From: Camelus dromedarius
Taxonomy: Eukaryota
Reading direction: 5' to 3'
Length of the DNA stretch: 64,000 nucleotides
Assembly (NCBI RefSeq): GCF_036321535.1
Contig: NC_087437.1
Coordinates: 47,928,001 to 47,992,000, forward strand
In this document: positions 63,430-64,000 of the stretch, in pieces
How the letters are laid out: each line of letters starts with the position of its first letter
Position numbering within the stretch: the stretch's first letter is position 1
Position numbers and translations under genes: made by a program
Notes under the pieces: model-generated
Databases searched by the model: none
Seen by the model: the letters and a program-made list of their open reading frames with translations, nothing else
Told to the model about the DNA's origin: nothing

Positions 63430-63775
63430 CCACACTTGTTCCTGTCTTGGCATCTTTTGCTAGCTGTGGGCTCTGCCAGGACGCTTGTCCCCAGCTCCAC
63501 TTGGCTGGCTTCTTGTAATTTAAATCTCAGTTCTAAGGTCACCTATGAGAAACCTTTCCTGACCACCTATGAAGGAGCCCCAGTCACTCTCAGAATCCCT
63601 TACCTGCCTTGTTCTTCTTAGCGCTTTGCAGCACGTGGCGTTCTTACTCATGTATTTGTTGATCTTTCCCAGAAATCTAAGCTCTTCAAGGGCTTGATTT
63701 GATTTACTTACCACTGTCCTGCTCTAGAACAGTGCCTGCAACTTAGTAGGTGCTGAAATATTTCTTGACTGATTA
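63430..63775 (+). mobile_element. L2 3' end
   Basis: ctaagctcttcaagggc...ctagaacagtgcctgcaacttagtaggtgctgaaatattt. Confidence 0.7.
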
Positions 63776-63799
63776 AAAAAAGAAAAAGACCCTAAAACT

Positions 63800-64000
63800 G
63801 AAATATATTTTAATACTTTTATTCTAAAAACAAAAAAATCACAAAATCCAATTTCAGGTTAAATAATATTTTAGTCTTTAAAAATTAACAAAGGAGTACG
63901 ATTTTAAAGTTTTGCTTTGTATCTAAAACGCATGCTTGATTTCCAGATAACTCATGCAAAGTCATATGTAGTGACTGATAGTCAATAAAAAGAACCTTTT
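63800..64000 (-). other. Possible 3' end of a convergent gene (PEX5L by human synteny); AATAAA on the minus strand at 63818-63823
   Basis: TTTATT on + in AT-rich non-repeat sequence. The A-rich + strand to its left reads as U-rich downstream sequence on -. No coding sequence is visible, so the identity rests on recalled synteny only. Confidence 0.45.

Noticed and set aside
225..63714. The many 60-150 aa ORFs in the six-frame track
   Set aside because: Apart from those overlapping USP13 exons or L1 remnants, they have no recognisable domains and often start at non-ATG codons; their number and length are what intronic DNA gives by chance
1..64000. A novel multi-gene or prokaryote-type system (CRISPR, defence island, operon)
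   Set aside because: The window is explained by one spliced mammalian gene plus common repeats; there are no repeat-spacer arrays or long unexplained ORFs

Overview
Mammalian genomic DNA, probably camelid (alpaca/llama/camel), because it carries two Vic-1-like tRNA-Ala-derived SINEs. The + strand holds the 3' part of USP13 (ubiquitin-specific protease 13 / isopeptidase T-3): 15 coding exons, numbered 7-21 by analogy to the human gene, from 3658 to the TAA at 53858-53860. All introns are GT-AG, the phases join in frame, and the Cys box, His box and both UBA domains are intact. A ~4.8 kb 3' UTR probably ends near 58663. The last ~200 bp probably contain the polyadenylation end of a convergent gene (PEX5L by recalled human synteny). 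The rest is intronic or intergenic sequence rich in old repeats (MIR, L2, L1, Tigger/MER DNA elements, MLT1, a deleted ERV1). Most entries in the ORF track are noise. I see no new multi-gene biological system. The best leads are splicing features (a 27-nt microexon and a recursive-splice-like AG|GTATGT exon start), a GC3/CpG-rich catalytic exon, candidate regulatory sites, a long Z-DNA-prone (GT)23(GC)11 tract, and several nested or non-classical transposon insertions. Repeat family names and human comparisons come from memory, not from database searches.
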